DNA from: Lentisphaeria bacterium
Lineage (GTDB): Bacteria; Verrucomicrobiota; Lentisphaeria; JABSQK01; JAWLHB01
Reading direction: 5' to 3'
Assembly (NCBI GenBank): GCA_041690595.1
Contig: JAWLHB010000002.1
Span: forward strand, 186,001 to 250,000
DNA length: 64,000 nt
The position numbers and the translations under genes were made by a program. Positions 45,696-54,823 of the stretch are shown here, piece after piece. The notes beneath the pieces are model-generated. The model was not told where the DNA came from, searched no databases, and worked only from the letters and a program-made list of their open reading frames with translations. The first letter of the stretch is position 1, and the number at the start of each line of letters is the position of its first letter.

Positions 45696-46622
45696 ATGCA
45701 CAAGAAAGCTTATGTTATCGCTCTCGTCATTGCCCTGTCCGGCATACTTTATTCCGGCTGCAAGAAGCCCCAGGAACCCGATGTTCCCGAACGGCAGATC
45801 GGCGACCGTCAGGCACCGGGACCGGGCGACCGCTCCAGCGCCTCCCCAAATCCGGCCGCCGGCGATCCCTTCGGGCAGCCTCAATCCCTGAGTGAGGCTT
45901 TCGGCGCTCTGCAGCAGCAGCGCCAGTCGGTCGACCTGACCGCCGATCAACTCGAACGGCTGAACCGCCTGCAGAATGACATTGCCGGCGGCTTGCCAAG
46001 CGCGGACAAGATCGCCATGCTGGGCGCCGCCGCCGACATCCATTCCGCTGAGCTGCTCGAGATCATCCAGAAGGCATTGGAAGATGAGGATCCGCAGGTG
46101 CGTCTGGCGGCGTTGGCCCTCCTTGGCAACACTCAGGATGGCGACATCATGCCCCTTGTCACCAAGGCCATGAGCGACAAGGACGAGCACGTTCGCCAGG
46201 CGGCGCTGAGTCAAGTCGCGCAGATGGAGGACGACGAGCGCGTTGGTGAAGTGCTCGAGAAAGGCATCGCCGACGACTCCTTTTTTGTGCGCAAGACGGC
46301 GGTGGAGATGATCGCCCAGCAGCCCGCGGAGAGCCGCTACAAGCTCTACGACAAAGCCATCATGAACGAGCACAAAGACGTGCATTTCGAGACGGTGACC
46401 GGGCTTCAGAAGGAGTCCTCGCACGCCACGATGGACGTCCTGATCAAGGGACTCCAGCATCCGGACGAGCAGTTTCGCCAGGACGTGCAGGGGTCGATCG
46501 ATTTTCTGATCCAGAAGCGCTTCGATAGCTATGAAGAAGCGAAAGCGTGGTGGGACGCGAACAAGAACAACTACAACAGCCAGCTTTTCGACAAGTCGCT
46601 TGGCTTCCCGGAGGCCCCCTGA
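45696..46622 (+). CDS. HEAT-repeat lipoprotein
   Basis: Lipobox-like LYSGC; repeats ALEDEDPQVRLAA, AMSDKDEHVRQAA, GIADDSFFVRKTA. Confidence 0.8.
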   Translation: MHKKAYVIALVIALSGILYSGCKKPQEPDVPERQIGDRQAPGPGDRSSASPNPAAGDPFGQPQSLSEAFGALQQQRQSVDLTADQLERLNRLQNDIAGGLPSADKIAMLGAAADIHSAELLEIIQKALEDEDPQVRLAALALLGNTQDGDIMPLVTKAMSDKDEHVRQAALSQVAQMEDDERVGEVLEKGIADDSFFVRKTAVEMIAQQPAESRYKLYDKAIMNEHKDVHFETVTGLQKESSHATMDVLIKGLQHPDEQFRQDVQGSIDFLIQKRFDSYEEAKAWWDANKNNYNSQLFDKSLGFPEAP

Positions 46623-46630
46623 TACCGATC

Positions 46631-47491
46631 ATGTCTGACCGCACTGCCCTGGCGCTGGGCAGCCTGGAAATCCGCTGGTACGGCGTCTTTGTTGCCCTCG
46701 GCTTCATCGCCGGCATGCTGCTCATGCAGTGGCGTGCCCGCAAGACCAACTATGCGGTGGGGCAGATTCCAGACCTGGTCGTTCTGGCCATCGTTGGCGG
46801 GCTCCTTGGCGCCCGGCTCTTCTATGTCATCACGTTCTGGAGCTATTTCCGGCAGCATCCGGGGCAGATCATACGGATCGACCAGGGGGGACTCGTCTTT
46901 TACGGGGGATTCTTCTGCGCGGCGCTGACGCTGGTGATCTACTGCAGAATGCGGAAGCTCGATCCCTGGCGAATCGCGGACATCGTGGCCTTCGGGCTTC
47001 CCGTGGGGCAGGCATTCGGCCGCATTGGCTGCTTCATCAATGGGTGTTGCTTTGGCAGACCGATCGGCGGTCCCCTCGGCGTCACCTACCTGAAGCCGCC
47101 GCACGACATCATTTTCGAGATTCAACTGGCGAAGGGGCAGATTCATCCGGGCAACATCGACCAGTTGATCCATCCGGGAAGCACCGTCCATTCCTGCCTT
47201 CCGGTAGCGCCCGTCCAGCTTTCGCAGGGCTTGACCAACCTCCTCGTCTTTGGCATCATCCTGTGGCTGTCCACCAAGGTGAAACGGCCGGGACTTCTCT
47301 TTGCAGCCTATTTGGTTTTCTACGCCATCGGGCGTTTTCTGAACGAGTTCAACCGCGGCGACTATGAGCATCTTCGGGCCGGACTGACGAATGCGCAGGT
47401 CATCTGTCTCATCCTTCTTCCTGTCGGTATCATCATGTATCTCTACCGCCGCCGCGCGCCACTTCCGGAGAAGGATGTGGCAGCCGCATGA
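46631..47491 (+). CDS. lgt: Prolipoprotein diacylglyceryl transferase
   Basis: IRWYG, GARLFYV, GGLVFYGG, GQAFGRIGCFING, RFLNEF.R. Confidence 0.93.
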   Translation: MSDRTALALGSLEIRWYGVFVALGFIAGMLLMQWRARKTNYAVGQIPDLVVLAIVGGLLGARLFYVITFWSYFRQHPGQIIRIDQGGLVFYGGFFCAALTLVIYCRMRKLDPWRIADIVAFGLPVGQAFGRIGCFINGCCFGRPIGGPLGVTYLKPPHDIIFEIQLAKGQIHPGNIDQLIHPGSTVHSCLPVAPVQLSQGLTNLLVFGIILWLSTKVKRPGLLFAAYLVFYAIGRFLNEFNRGDYEHLRAGLTNAQVICLILLPVGIIMYLYRRRAPLPEKDVAAA

Positions 47492-48444
47492 GGTCGCCGC
47501 AACGCATACTGGTCCGCGACGACGAAGTCGGTCTGCGCCTCGATCGCCTGCTGGCGCAGCACCTCGACGACTTTTCGCGCAGTCACCTCCAACGCCTGAT
47601 CGAGCAGGCTCGGGTGAGGGTGAACGGCACGATCACCACGCGCCGCGATCTCTCGTTGCAGAGCGGCGACGAGGTGACCATCCAGTTGCCGGATGAGGAG
47701 GAACCCGCGCTGCTGCCGGAAGACTTCGATCTGCCGATTCTGTATGAAGATGACGATCTGCTGGTCATCAACAAGCCCGCGGGGCTGACCGTGCATCCGG
47801 GAGCCGGCACCGCCGGAACCAAGACGCTGGTCAATGCGCTACTCGGCTACGATTTCGAGCAATTCGCCGAAATGATGGACGACGAGCGGCGACCGGGCAT
47901 CGTCCACCGGCTGGACAAGGATACATCCGGGGTGCTGGTCATTGCCCGCAATGCACAGGCCCAGGCGCGAGTCGCCGCGCAGTTCGGCAAGCGCACGGTG
48001 CGCAAGCTCTACCTGGCGCTGGTGGCCGGCGTACCGAAACCGGCGGCGGCGACCATCGATGCGCCCATTGGCCGTCATCCCACGCAACGCTACAAGATGA
48101 CGGTTCAGCCCGATCGCGGCCGCCCGGCGGTGAGCCATTACCGGCTCCTTGCCTCCGGGGGCGACGCCTCGCTCCTGCAGGTACGCATCGAGACGGGGCG
48201 CACCCATCAGATCCGCGTGCACCTCACCAGCCGCGGGCATCCGGTGATCGGCGACACGATCTATGGACGCAGGCAGCCGGCCGAGTCGCGGCAGATGCTC
48301 CACGCGTGGTCGCTGCGTCTCACGCATCCCAGAAGCGGGCTGATCCTGAAGATTCTGGCGCCACCGCCCGACGACTTCGTCGAAGCCTGTACCAAGCGCG
48401 GACTCGCCCTGCCCTCGCAACCAGTGGAGGAGGAAGATGACTGA
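47488..48444 (+). CDS. rluD: RluA/RluD family pseudouridine synthase with S4 domain
   Basis: RLDRLLA, ILYEDDDLLVINKPAG, RPGIVHRLDKDTSG, TGRTHQIRVH. Confidence 0.9.
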   Translation: MRSPQRILVRDDEVGLRLDRLLAQHLDDFSRSHLQRLIEQARVRVNGTITTRRDLSLQSGDEVTIQLPDEEEPALLPEDFDLPILYEDDDLLVINKPAGLTVHPGAGTAGTKTLVNALLGYDFEQFAEMMDDERRPGIVHRLDKDTSGVLVIARNAQAQARVAAQFGKRTVRKLYLALVAGVPKPAAATIDAPIGRHPTQRYKMTVQPDRGRPAVSHYRLLASGGDASLLQVRIETGRTHQIRVHLTSRGHPVIGDTIYGRRQPAESRQMLHAWSLRLTHPRSGLILKILAPPPDDFVEACTKRGLALPSQPVEEEDD

Positions 48445-49060
48445 TCCGGATCCCAGCCGCGTCACCGGGATATTCGGCGGCACCTTCGACCCGGTGCACA
48501 AGGGGCATCTCGACCTGGCGCATCAGCTTTGCGATGGGGGGCACCTCGAGCAGGTGCTCTTTCTGCCGGCGTATGTGCCCCCACACAAACGCGATCGCGA
48601 GATCACCCCCGCACACCATCGGTTGGCCATGCTGCATCTCGCCATCGACGAGATCCCCCACTTCTTCCTTTCCGAGCACGAGATCAGCGCCGGCACGACC
48701 GTCTATACCATTGACACGGCCGCTCATTTCGCGCAGTGCCTCGGGGACCGGCTGCGCCTGATCATCGGCATGGATAGCCTGCGCGATCTCCACAAGTGGT
48801 ACCGGGCGAGCGACCTCATCCAGAACTATCGACTCCTGATCTACCGCCGGCCCGGCTATCCGATTCCCTCCGTCCGTGAGCTTCAGGAACGCTTCGGGGA
48901 GAGCGCGGCGGCCACCTTGGCGGAAGCCATGGTCGACGGTCCTGAATACGATGTCAGTTCGACTGAAATCCGCGAGAAGGTCCGCCAGGGGGGCAGCGTC
49001 GATGCCTTGCTACCTGACGGCGTTGCACAGTATATTCATTCACACGGCCTGTACCGCTAA
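48437..49060 (+). CDS. nadD: Nicotinate-nucleotide adenylyltransferase
   Basis: GIFGGTFDPVHKGH, PPHK, YTIDT, IIGMDS, VSSTEIR. Confidence 0.95.
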   Translation: MTDPDPSRVTGIFGGTFDPVHKGHLDLAHQLCDGGHLEQVLFLPAYVPPHKRDREITPAHHRLAMLHLAIDEIPHFFLSEHEISAGTTVYTIDTAAHFAQCLGDRLRLIIGMDSLRDLHKWYRASDLIQNYRLLIYRRPGYPIPSVRELQERFGESAAATLAEAMVDGPEYDVSSTEIREKVRQGGSVDALLPDGVAQYIHSHGLYR

Positions 49061-49086
49061 AACTCCAGAAGGAGGCATCCAAATCC

Positions 49087-49455
49087 ATGGATTCTGAGGC
49101 GCTTATCACCACATGCATAAAAGTCTGCGAAGACCATCACGCCGTCGATCTTCACGTCTATGACGTCAGGGGTAAGAACATCCTTACCGATTACTATCTG
49201 ATCTGTACCGGCAATTCCACCACTCACCTCCACGCGCTTCAGCAAAACCTCGACAAGACCCTGAAAGGAGTCGATGTCCTTCCACGATCCGCGGAAGGGA
49301 CACCGGAGAGCGAATGGATCCTCATCGACTACAACGATGTTCTGGTCCACCTCTTTTCCGGCACCTCCCGCGCCAGCTACAACATCGAAGCGCTCCTCGA
49401 CGACGCCCAGCGCATCTTTCCGGTCGATCAGGAAGCAGAGGCCGAAGCCTCCTGA
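49087..49455 (+). CDS. rsfS: Ribosome silencing factor RsfS (Iojap)
   Basis: DV…TDYYLICTGNS, EG….WILIDYNDVLVHLF….R..YNIE; follows nadD. Confidence 0.93.
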   Translation: MDSEALITTCIKVCEDHHAVDLHVYDVRGKNILTDYYLICTGNSTTHLHALQQNLDKTLKGVDVLPRSAEGTPESEWILIDYNDVLVHLFSGTSRASYNIEALLDDAQRIFPVDQEAEAEAS

Positions 49456-49498
49456 AGCAGACGCGCCACGCCGTGGAGTTGCTCACCGTCCGATGCAT

Positions 49499-49536
49499 GA
49501 AAAAGCCCTTCTCCGCCGGTGCGGGGAGAAGGGCTT
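49499..49536 (-). terminator. Rho-independent terminator between convergent rsfS and pfp
   Basis: Stem aagcccttctcc/ggagaagggctt with an adjacent A-run (U-run on the minus strand). Confidence 0.75.
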
Positions 49537-49560
49537 GAGAGGATTACCTCAGGCTGGCGA

Positions 49561-51207
49561 TCAGGCGTTTTCCAGCTCCAGAGTCTTGGTGGGGGCATCA
49601 CAGACTTCGGTGGGGCCGAAGTACTGAATGGGGCCAACGAAGACGTAGTCGTCGTCGATCGCCCACTCTTCGCGATGCGCGACGAAGGTGGAGAAGGGTT
49701 TCCCGTCCAGCTCGACGAGGGCCTTCTTGATGACGGGCTTGTTCTTGCCGTGCCGGCGCTCGATGTTCATCATCGAGGTGAGCGGGATACCGCCGGCGAT
49801 CCATTCGCCTGTCGGCTTGTCGATGTTCTGAATGGATGAGATGTAGCCGCTCTTGCCGGCGCCGATCAGCGCGGCAGCGGTGTAGCCGAGGGAGTAGCAG
49901 TAGTTGGCGTCGAAGTTCGACGGCGGTGCGCAACGTCCCTCGTACCCGAAGAAGTGGGCCTGTGCGTTGAACTTGCCTGCGTACTTCTCTTCGGCCTTCC
50001 ACTCCCGCAGCAGATCGCCCACGAGGTCGATGAGCAGCTTTTCGGTCTCGATGCGGGAGACCTGCACGTTGCCGTGCGGATCGCGATCGCTGAGCAGCTG
50101 CAGCTGGATGTTGAGGGGGAGCGTGCTGAACGCCTGGGAGGAAGCAGCCTCAAGCTTGTTGTTGACGAACTGCAAGCGGTCGTCGTCGGACGTCTGCGCC
50201 TTGAAGGCTTTCTCGTGCTTGGCGAGGACGTCGTTCAACTCGGCGATGAGGGCCTTCATCTCGGGGATGAACTCCAGCAAGCCTTCGGGAATCAGGGCGA
50301 CGCCGAAGTTCTTACCCTTGGCGGCGCGACGGGCGACGATGTCGGCAATGTAGGCGACGACTTCGCGCAGGGTGGTCTTCTTTGCGGCAATCTCTTCGGA
50401 GATCAGGCAGACGTTCGGGTGCGTCTGCAGGGCGCATTCGAGAGCGATGTGAGAGGCGCTGCGGCCCATCAGCTTGATGACGTGCCAGTACTTCTTGGCG
50501 GAGAGGGCATCGCGCTCGATGTTGCTGATCAGCTCGCTGTAGACTTTGCAGGCGGTATCGAAGCCGAAGGAGGCGCCGATGAACTTGTTCTTCATGTCGC
50601 CGTCGATCGTCTTCGGGCAGCCGATGACCTGAATGTCGCCCCAGTAGTTTTCGGCGAGCATGCAGGCGTTGGTATTGGAATCATCGCCGCCGATGACGAC
50701 AAAGGCCTTGATGTCGAGCTTGGCGCAGTTGTCGCGAACGGCGAGGATCTGCTCGGGGCTCTCGATCTTGTCGCGGCCGCTGCCGATCATGTCGAAGCCG
50801 CCGGTGTTGCGATAGTCGTCGATCATCTTGCCATCGAGGAGCATGCACTTGCCTTTCATGGGGCCGGCGGGGCCGCCGAGGAAGCCGATCAACTCGTTCT
50901 GTGGATTGAGGGACTTGAGGCCGTCATAGAGGCCGGCGATGACGTTGTGACCGCCGGGCGCCTGACCGCCGGAGAGGATGACGCCGACCTTGATGGGCTG
51001 GCTGCCGGCGCCCTTTTCCGGGGAAAAGGCGACGGTCGGAAGGCCATAGGTGCTGGGGAAGAGCTGCTTGAGTTCGTCACGATCGGTGTCCGGCAAGCTG
51101 AGGTCGCCATCGTGTGATTTGACGGCGGCGCCGTGCTGGTGAAAGACTGCCGGCAGGGCGGGCTTGAAGGCGCCGCGGGCACGCTGCAAGGTAGAGAGAG
51201 TAGGCAT
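49561..51207 (-). CDS. pfp: Pyrophosphate-dependent phosphofructokinase (long clade)
   Basis: SGGQAPGGHN, GGDDSNT, PKTIDGD, KLMGRSASH, FFGYEGRC, GPIQY. Confidence 0.95.
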   Translation of the reverse strand: MPTLSTLQRARGAFKPALPAVFHQHGAAVKSHDGDLSLPDTDRDELKQLFPSTYGLPTVAFSPEKGAGSQPIKVGVILSGGQAPGGHNVIAGLYDGLKSLNPQNELIGFLGGPAGPMKGKCMLLDGKMIDDYRNTGGFDMIGSGRDKIESPEQILAVRDNCAKLDIKAFVVIGGDDSNTNACMLAENYWGDIQVIGCPKTIDGDMKNKFIGASFGFDTACKVYSELISNIERDALSAKKYWHVIKLMGRSASHIALECALQTHPNVCLISEEIAAKKTTLREVVAYIADIVARRAAKGKNFGVALIPEGLLEFIPEMKALIAELNDVLAKHEKAFKAQTSDDDRLQFVNNKLEAASSQAFSTLPLNIQLQLLSDRDPHGNVQVSRIETEKLLIDLVGDLLREWKAEEKYAGKFNAQAHFFGYEGRCAPPSNFDANYCYSLGYTAAALIGAGKSGYISSIQNIDKPTGEWIAGGIPLTSMMNIERRHGKNKPVIKKALVELDGKPFSTFVAHREEWAIDDDYVFVGPIQYFGPTEVCDAPTKTLELENA

Positions 51208-51327
51208 TGATGTCCCTTTGCGATAGGTAGTGATGCTGCATGTTGGAGGGGCTTGTCCGCCGAGTGTCCGCCTCCTCCCCGAAGGCCATGGTACACAAGG
51301 CGGGCGACAGGGAACCGGCGCCTCCCC

Positions 51328-52479
51328 TCAGGTCACCGATTCACGACGCGGCAGGGCGCGGCCAAGCAGCTTGCTGATCCGCTCGGTGCTGTCCAACAAC
51401 CGCGATACAGACTTATCCTGATTGAAGACGCGAATGAACTTGGCGATGAACTTGGTGACATCCACCGGCACAAACCATTCCCGCTCGAGAAGCTCCGGGG
51501 GGATGTAGGTGCCGTTGGTGCCGAAAACCTTGTCGAACATGCCGGCCTTGTATGCCTCATCGTAGGCTTCGAAGCCTTCGGAGAAGAGAACATAGGTGAC
51601 CGACAGATAGATGTGCCTGGCGCCGCGCTTCTTCAGCTCTTCGGAGACTTCCAGCAGGCTGCCGCCGCTCGCCAGCAAGTCGTCAACCACGAGCACCGAC
51701 TTGTCTTTGACGTCGGCGCCCAGAAACTTGTGTTCGAGGATCGGGTTCTTGCCCTTGACGACGCGGGTCAGGTCGCGCTGTTTGTAGAAGCCGGCGAGGT
51801 GAACCTGGAAATGCTCGGCGAAGTAGCGGGCCCGCTCCATGCCGCCCAGATCGGGACTACAGACGAGGAGGCTGTCCGGATGTATGCGAACTTCGCCGTT
51901 GGTGACCTGCAGGAAGGCTTTGATGAGCTGGTAGGTGGCGTGAAGATTTTCCAGGCCAGTCATGGGGATGGCGTTCATCACATGGGAATTATGGGCGTCG
52001 ATGGTCATGATGGCCTCAACGCCGAGATTGACCAACTCCTGGAGGGCCATGGCGCAATCGAGTGACTCTCGGCCGTGCATCTTGTGCTGCCGGCTCTCGT
52101 AGAGGAGGGGCATCACGACGGTGGTGCGCTGGCTGACATTCTTGACCGCGCCCAGCAACCGCTTCAGATCCTGAAAATGTTCATCGGGGCTCATCGAGAC
52201 GACGACCCCGTGCCGAATATAGCTGACCCCATAGTTGGCGGGATCGACGATTATGTACAGGTCGGTGCCGCGAATGGAATCCAGGATGACGCCTTTGCCC
52301 TCACCGTTCTGGAAGCGGTGGCAGAGGCTGTTGCGCAGAAAGGTGGGCGGAGCTGGCTCGCCGTTCTCGCTGAAGAGCCCCTTGAGCTGACGGTCCACCG
52401 ATTCGGCGAGGTGCTGTCCTCCCGGAGTCGTGAGGATGGCGATCGGAAAGCCTCGAATATTACCATGTGCACTGATCAT
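51328..52479 (-). CDS. prs: Ribose-phosphate pyrophosphokinase
   Basis: RFQNGEG, SIRG.D, TIDAH, SPDLGGMERA, VVDDLLASGGS PRPP-binding motif. Confidence 0.9.
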   Translation of the reverse strand: MISAHGNIRGFPIAILTTPGGQHLAESVDRQLKGLFSENGEPAPPTFLRNSLCHRFQNGEGKGVILDSIRGTDLYIIVDPANYGVSYIRHGVVVSMSPDEHFQDLKRLLGAVKNVSQRTTVVMPLLYESRQHKMHGRESLDCAMALQELVNLGVEAIMTIDAHNSHVMNAIPMTGLENLHATYQLIKAFLQVTNGEVRIHPDSLLVCSPDLGGMERARYFAEHFQVHLAGFYKQRDLTRVVKGKNPILEHKFLGADVKDKSVLVVDDLLASGGSLLEVSEELKKRGARHIYLSVTYVLFSEGFEAYDEAYKAGMFDKVFGTNGTYIPPELLEREWFVPVDVTKFIAKFIRVFNQDKSVSRLLDSTERISKLLGRALPRRESVT

Positions 52480-52642
52480 TTTTATCCTTCTCCCGCGGTT
52501 CAGCGATAAGATGACATGGCCCCGCCCAATGTCAACCGGCGGAAAGCCCCTATACGTCACTTGCAAAGTGTTCAGCCAGTGATCCTTTAGTCAGACAGGG
52601 TTGGTACCTCTTCAAAAATTCCGCGATCAAGGAAGCAGTTTC

Positions 52643-53599
52643 ATGACGCCACGCGAGAGTTTCATCCATGCGCTCGAGCTTCGGCAGCCGGGCCCCGGCG
52701 CCAGTATCCCCCACTTCGAACTGGTCTTTTTTCTGACGATGGAAGCTTTCGGGCGGGTGCACCCCAGCCATCGGCAGTACGGGCAGTGGGGGCAGATGGA
52801 GGAGAAGGAGCGGCAGCTTCATCGGCAGGACATGGCCGATCTGTACATCCGCACCGCCGAGACGTATGAGCACTCGGCCATCTTTCTGCATCCCAATCCG
52901 GGAGATGTGGAGGAGGTCATGCGTCTGGTGGACATCGTGCGGGAGCGAACCGGCGACACCTATTTCCTCATGATCCACGGGGATGCCACCTACGGCATTC
53001 CGAACGGCGACCAGATGACGGAGTTTGCCACGCAGCTGGTGGAGGAGCCGGAGAAGCTCAAGTCGAATGCCGGGAAGATGGTGGAGGCGACGCTGAAACG
53101 TGGGGCGAAGCTGAAGGAGCATGGCGGGCTGGATGGCTTTGCCCTCTGCGCCGACTACTGTTTCAACACCGGCCCCTTCATGCGCCCCAGCCAGTTCTCG
53201 GAGTTTGTCGCTCCCTACCTCAAGTCGCTGATTGCCGGCTATCGCGAACAGGGGTACTACACCATCAAGCACACGGATGGAAACATCCTGCCGATTCTCG
53301 ACGACCTGCTTGCCGCCAGGCCCCACGCGCTGCACTCGCTGGATCCGCAGGGCGGCGTGGACATCCAGCAGCTCAAGCGGGAGCACGGCAGCGAGGTCTG
53401 CCTCATCGGCAATGTCAACTGCGGCTTGCTGGACACGGGGACGGAAGAAGAGGCACGAGCCAGTGCCCGCTATTGCCTGACGCACGGCAAACCGAACGGC
53501 GGTTACATCTTCAGCACGAGCAACTGCGTTTACACGGGCATGCGGCTCTCGCGCTACGAAGCCATTCTCGAAGAATGGCGCCGGCACCGAGACTACTGA
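52643..53599 (+). CDS. Uroporphyrinogen decarboxylase (URO-D/MtbA-like) family protein
   Basis: MTPRE, ADYCFNTGPFMRP, IKHTDGN, LHSLDP, LIGNV, GGYIFSTSN. Confidence 0.85.
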   Translation: MTPRESFIHALELRQPGPGASIPHFELVFFLTMEAFGRVHPSHRQYGQWGQMEEKERQLHRQDMADLYIRTAETYEHSAIFLHPNPGDVEEVMRLVDIVRERTGDTYFLMIHGDATYGIPNGDQMTEFATQLVEEPEKLKSNAGKMVEATLKRGAKLKEHGGLDGFALCADYCFNTGPFMRPSQFSEFVAPYLKSLIAGYREQGYYTIKHTDGNILPILDDLLAARPHALHSLDPQGGVDIQQLKREHGSEVCLIGNVNCGLLDTGTEEEARASARYCLTHGKPNGGYIFSTSNCVYTGMRLSRYEAILEEWRRHRDY

Positions 53600-53653
53600 G
53601 GCCAGCCGCAACGATTGCCCCCCGCTCAGGTTTAGTTCCCGCCACTTTTATTC

Positions 53654-53668
53654 ATATCATCTTGATAT
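53654..53668. promoter_or_regulatory. Palindromic candidate operator upstream of the GntR/LacI gene
   Basis: ATATCA-tct-TGATAT overlapping a TATAAT -10-like hexamer in an AT-rich spacer. Confidence 0.35.
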
Positions 53669-53716
53669 AATTCGTCCTTCGGTTTAGGTTGAAAGAAACC
53701 GGGAGAGGAATGAGAG

Positions 53717-54823
53717 ATGGGAAAGCAGCAGGTACAGTTGAGCAGCAAGCGGGGTCAGGTACGTGAGCACGTGATCGGGCAGATTGCGGCTGGGCTGGGG
53801 CAGGGGGATCAACTGCCGACGGAGCAATCGCTGGCGGATCAGCTCGGGGTGAGCAAATCGACGGTCCGTAAGGCCTTTGTGGACCTGGTCCAGGCGGGGG
53901 TCATTTATCAGGAGCAGGGGCGCGGGACCTTCGTGAAGGATGAGTTTCATCCTCTGGTGCGACAGCACTTCCACCAGCAGGTGCACATGATCGGCTATGT
54001 GGCGCCCTTCGAGTTCGATGACCGCTTCATGGCGGAGATCACCCTCGGGGTGGAAGAGGCGCTCGATCATGATCGATTCCTGCTGATGAGCAAGCATATA
54101 CATATTCCCACTTATGCCGAGGCGGAGATCCTGCCACGCCTGCTGGACAAGATGAGCGGCCTGATCCTCATGTCGACCATGGCGCCGGCAAGCGCGGCCA
54201 TCATCCGCGAGCTGCATGAGCGCCGCTATCCCCTGGTGCTGATCGACCGTTATCTGCCGGATATCCCGGTGAGCCATGTCGTGAGCGACAACATCGAGAT
54301 CGGGGTAGTGGCCACGGAGTACCTGATCGAGCTTGGGCACCGTCGCATCCTGCAGGTGGCGGCGGGAGACGAGCTGACCAGTGTGCGGGATCGCCTGGAG
54401 GGATATCGGCTGGCCATGCAGCGGCACGGTCTGGAGCCGTGGGTGGAACAGCTTGGCGACTTGAAGGAGCAAGAGCAGGCGGCCGAACGGCTGATCGATC
54501 GTCTCGTGGCGAATGAGTTGCCGACGGCGATCTTCGCGATGTGCGATTCTCTGGCAATCCAGCTCTACCGGCTGCTCCGCGAACGGCGGGTGCGGGTTCC
54601 GGAGGAGGTCTCCATCATCGGCGTTGACGGCAACCCGGAGGGCGCCCTGCTCGACGTGCCCCTGACGACGGTGGCGCAGCCTAAGTTCCAGATGGGCTAC
54701 AAAGCCGCGCGCCTGTTGGAAGATCTCATCCTGGGGCGCAGCCGCCCGGGTATCGGCATTCAACTGCAACCCAAACTGATGGTCCGCGCCTCGACGGCGC
54801 CGCCAACGGAGAAGAGACCATGA
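53717..54823 (+). CDS. GntR wHTH plus LacI-type sugar-binding domain regulator (paralog of 31882..32973)
   Basis: LPTEQSLA..LGVSKSTVRKA…QGRGTFV; LIDR, SDN, LGHR, VPEEVSIIGVD. Confidence 0.9.
   Translation: MGKQQVQLSSKRGQVREHVIGQIAAGLGQGDQLPTEQSLADQLGVSKSTVRKAFVDLVQAGVIYQEQGRGTFVKDEFHPLVRQHFHQQVHMIGYVAPFEFDDRFMAEITLGVEEALDHDRFLLMSKHIHIPTYAEAEILPRLLDKMSGLILMSTMAPASAAIIRELHERRYPLVLIDRYLPDIPVSHVVSDNIEIGVVATEYLIELGHRRILQVAAGDELTSVRDRLEGYRLAMQRHGLEPWVEQLGDLKEQEQAAERLIDRLVANELPTAIFAMCDSLAIQLYRLLRERRVRVPEEVSIIGVDGNPEGALLDVPLTTVAQPKFQMGYKAARLLEDLILGRSRPGIGIQLQPKLMVRASTAPPTEKRP

Noticed and set aside
47139..47182. Short IHPG…IHPG duplication in lgt
   Set aside because: Lies in a variable periplasmic loop; too short and diverged to support any claim.
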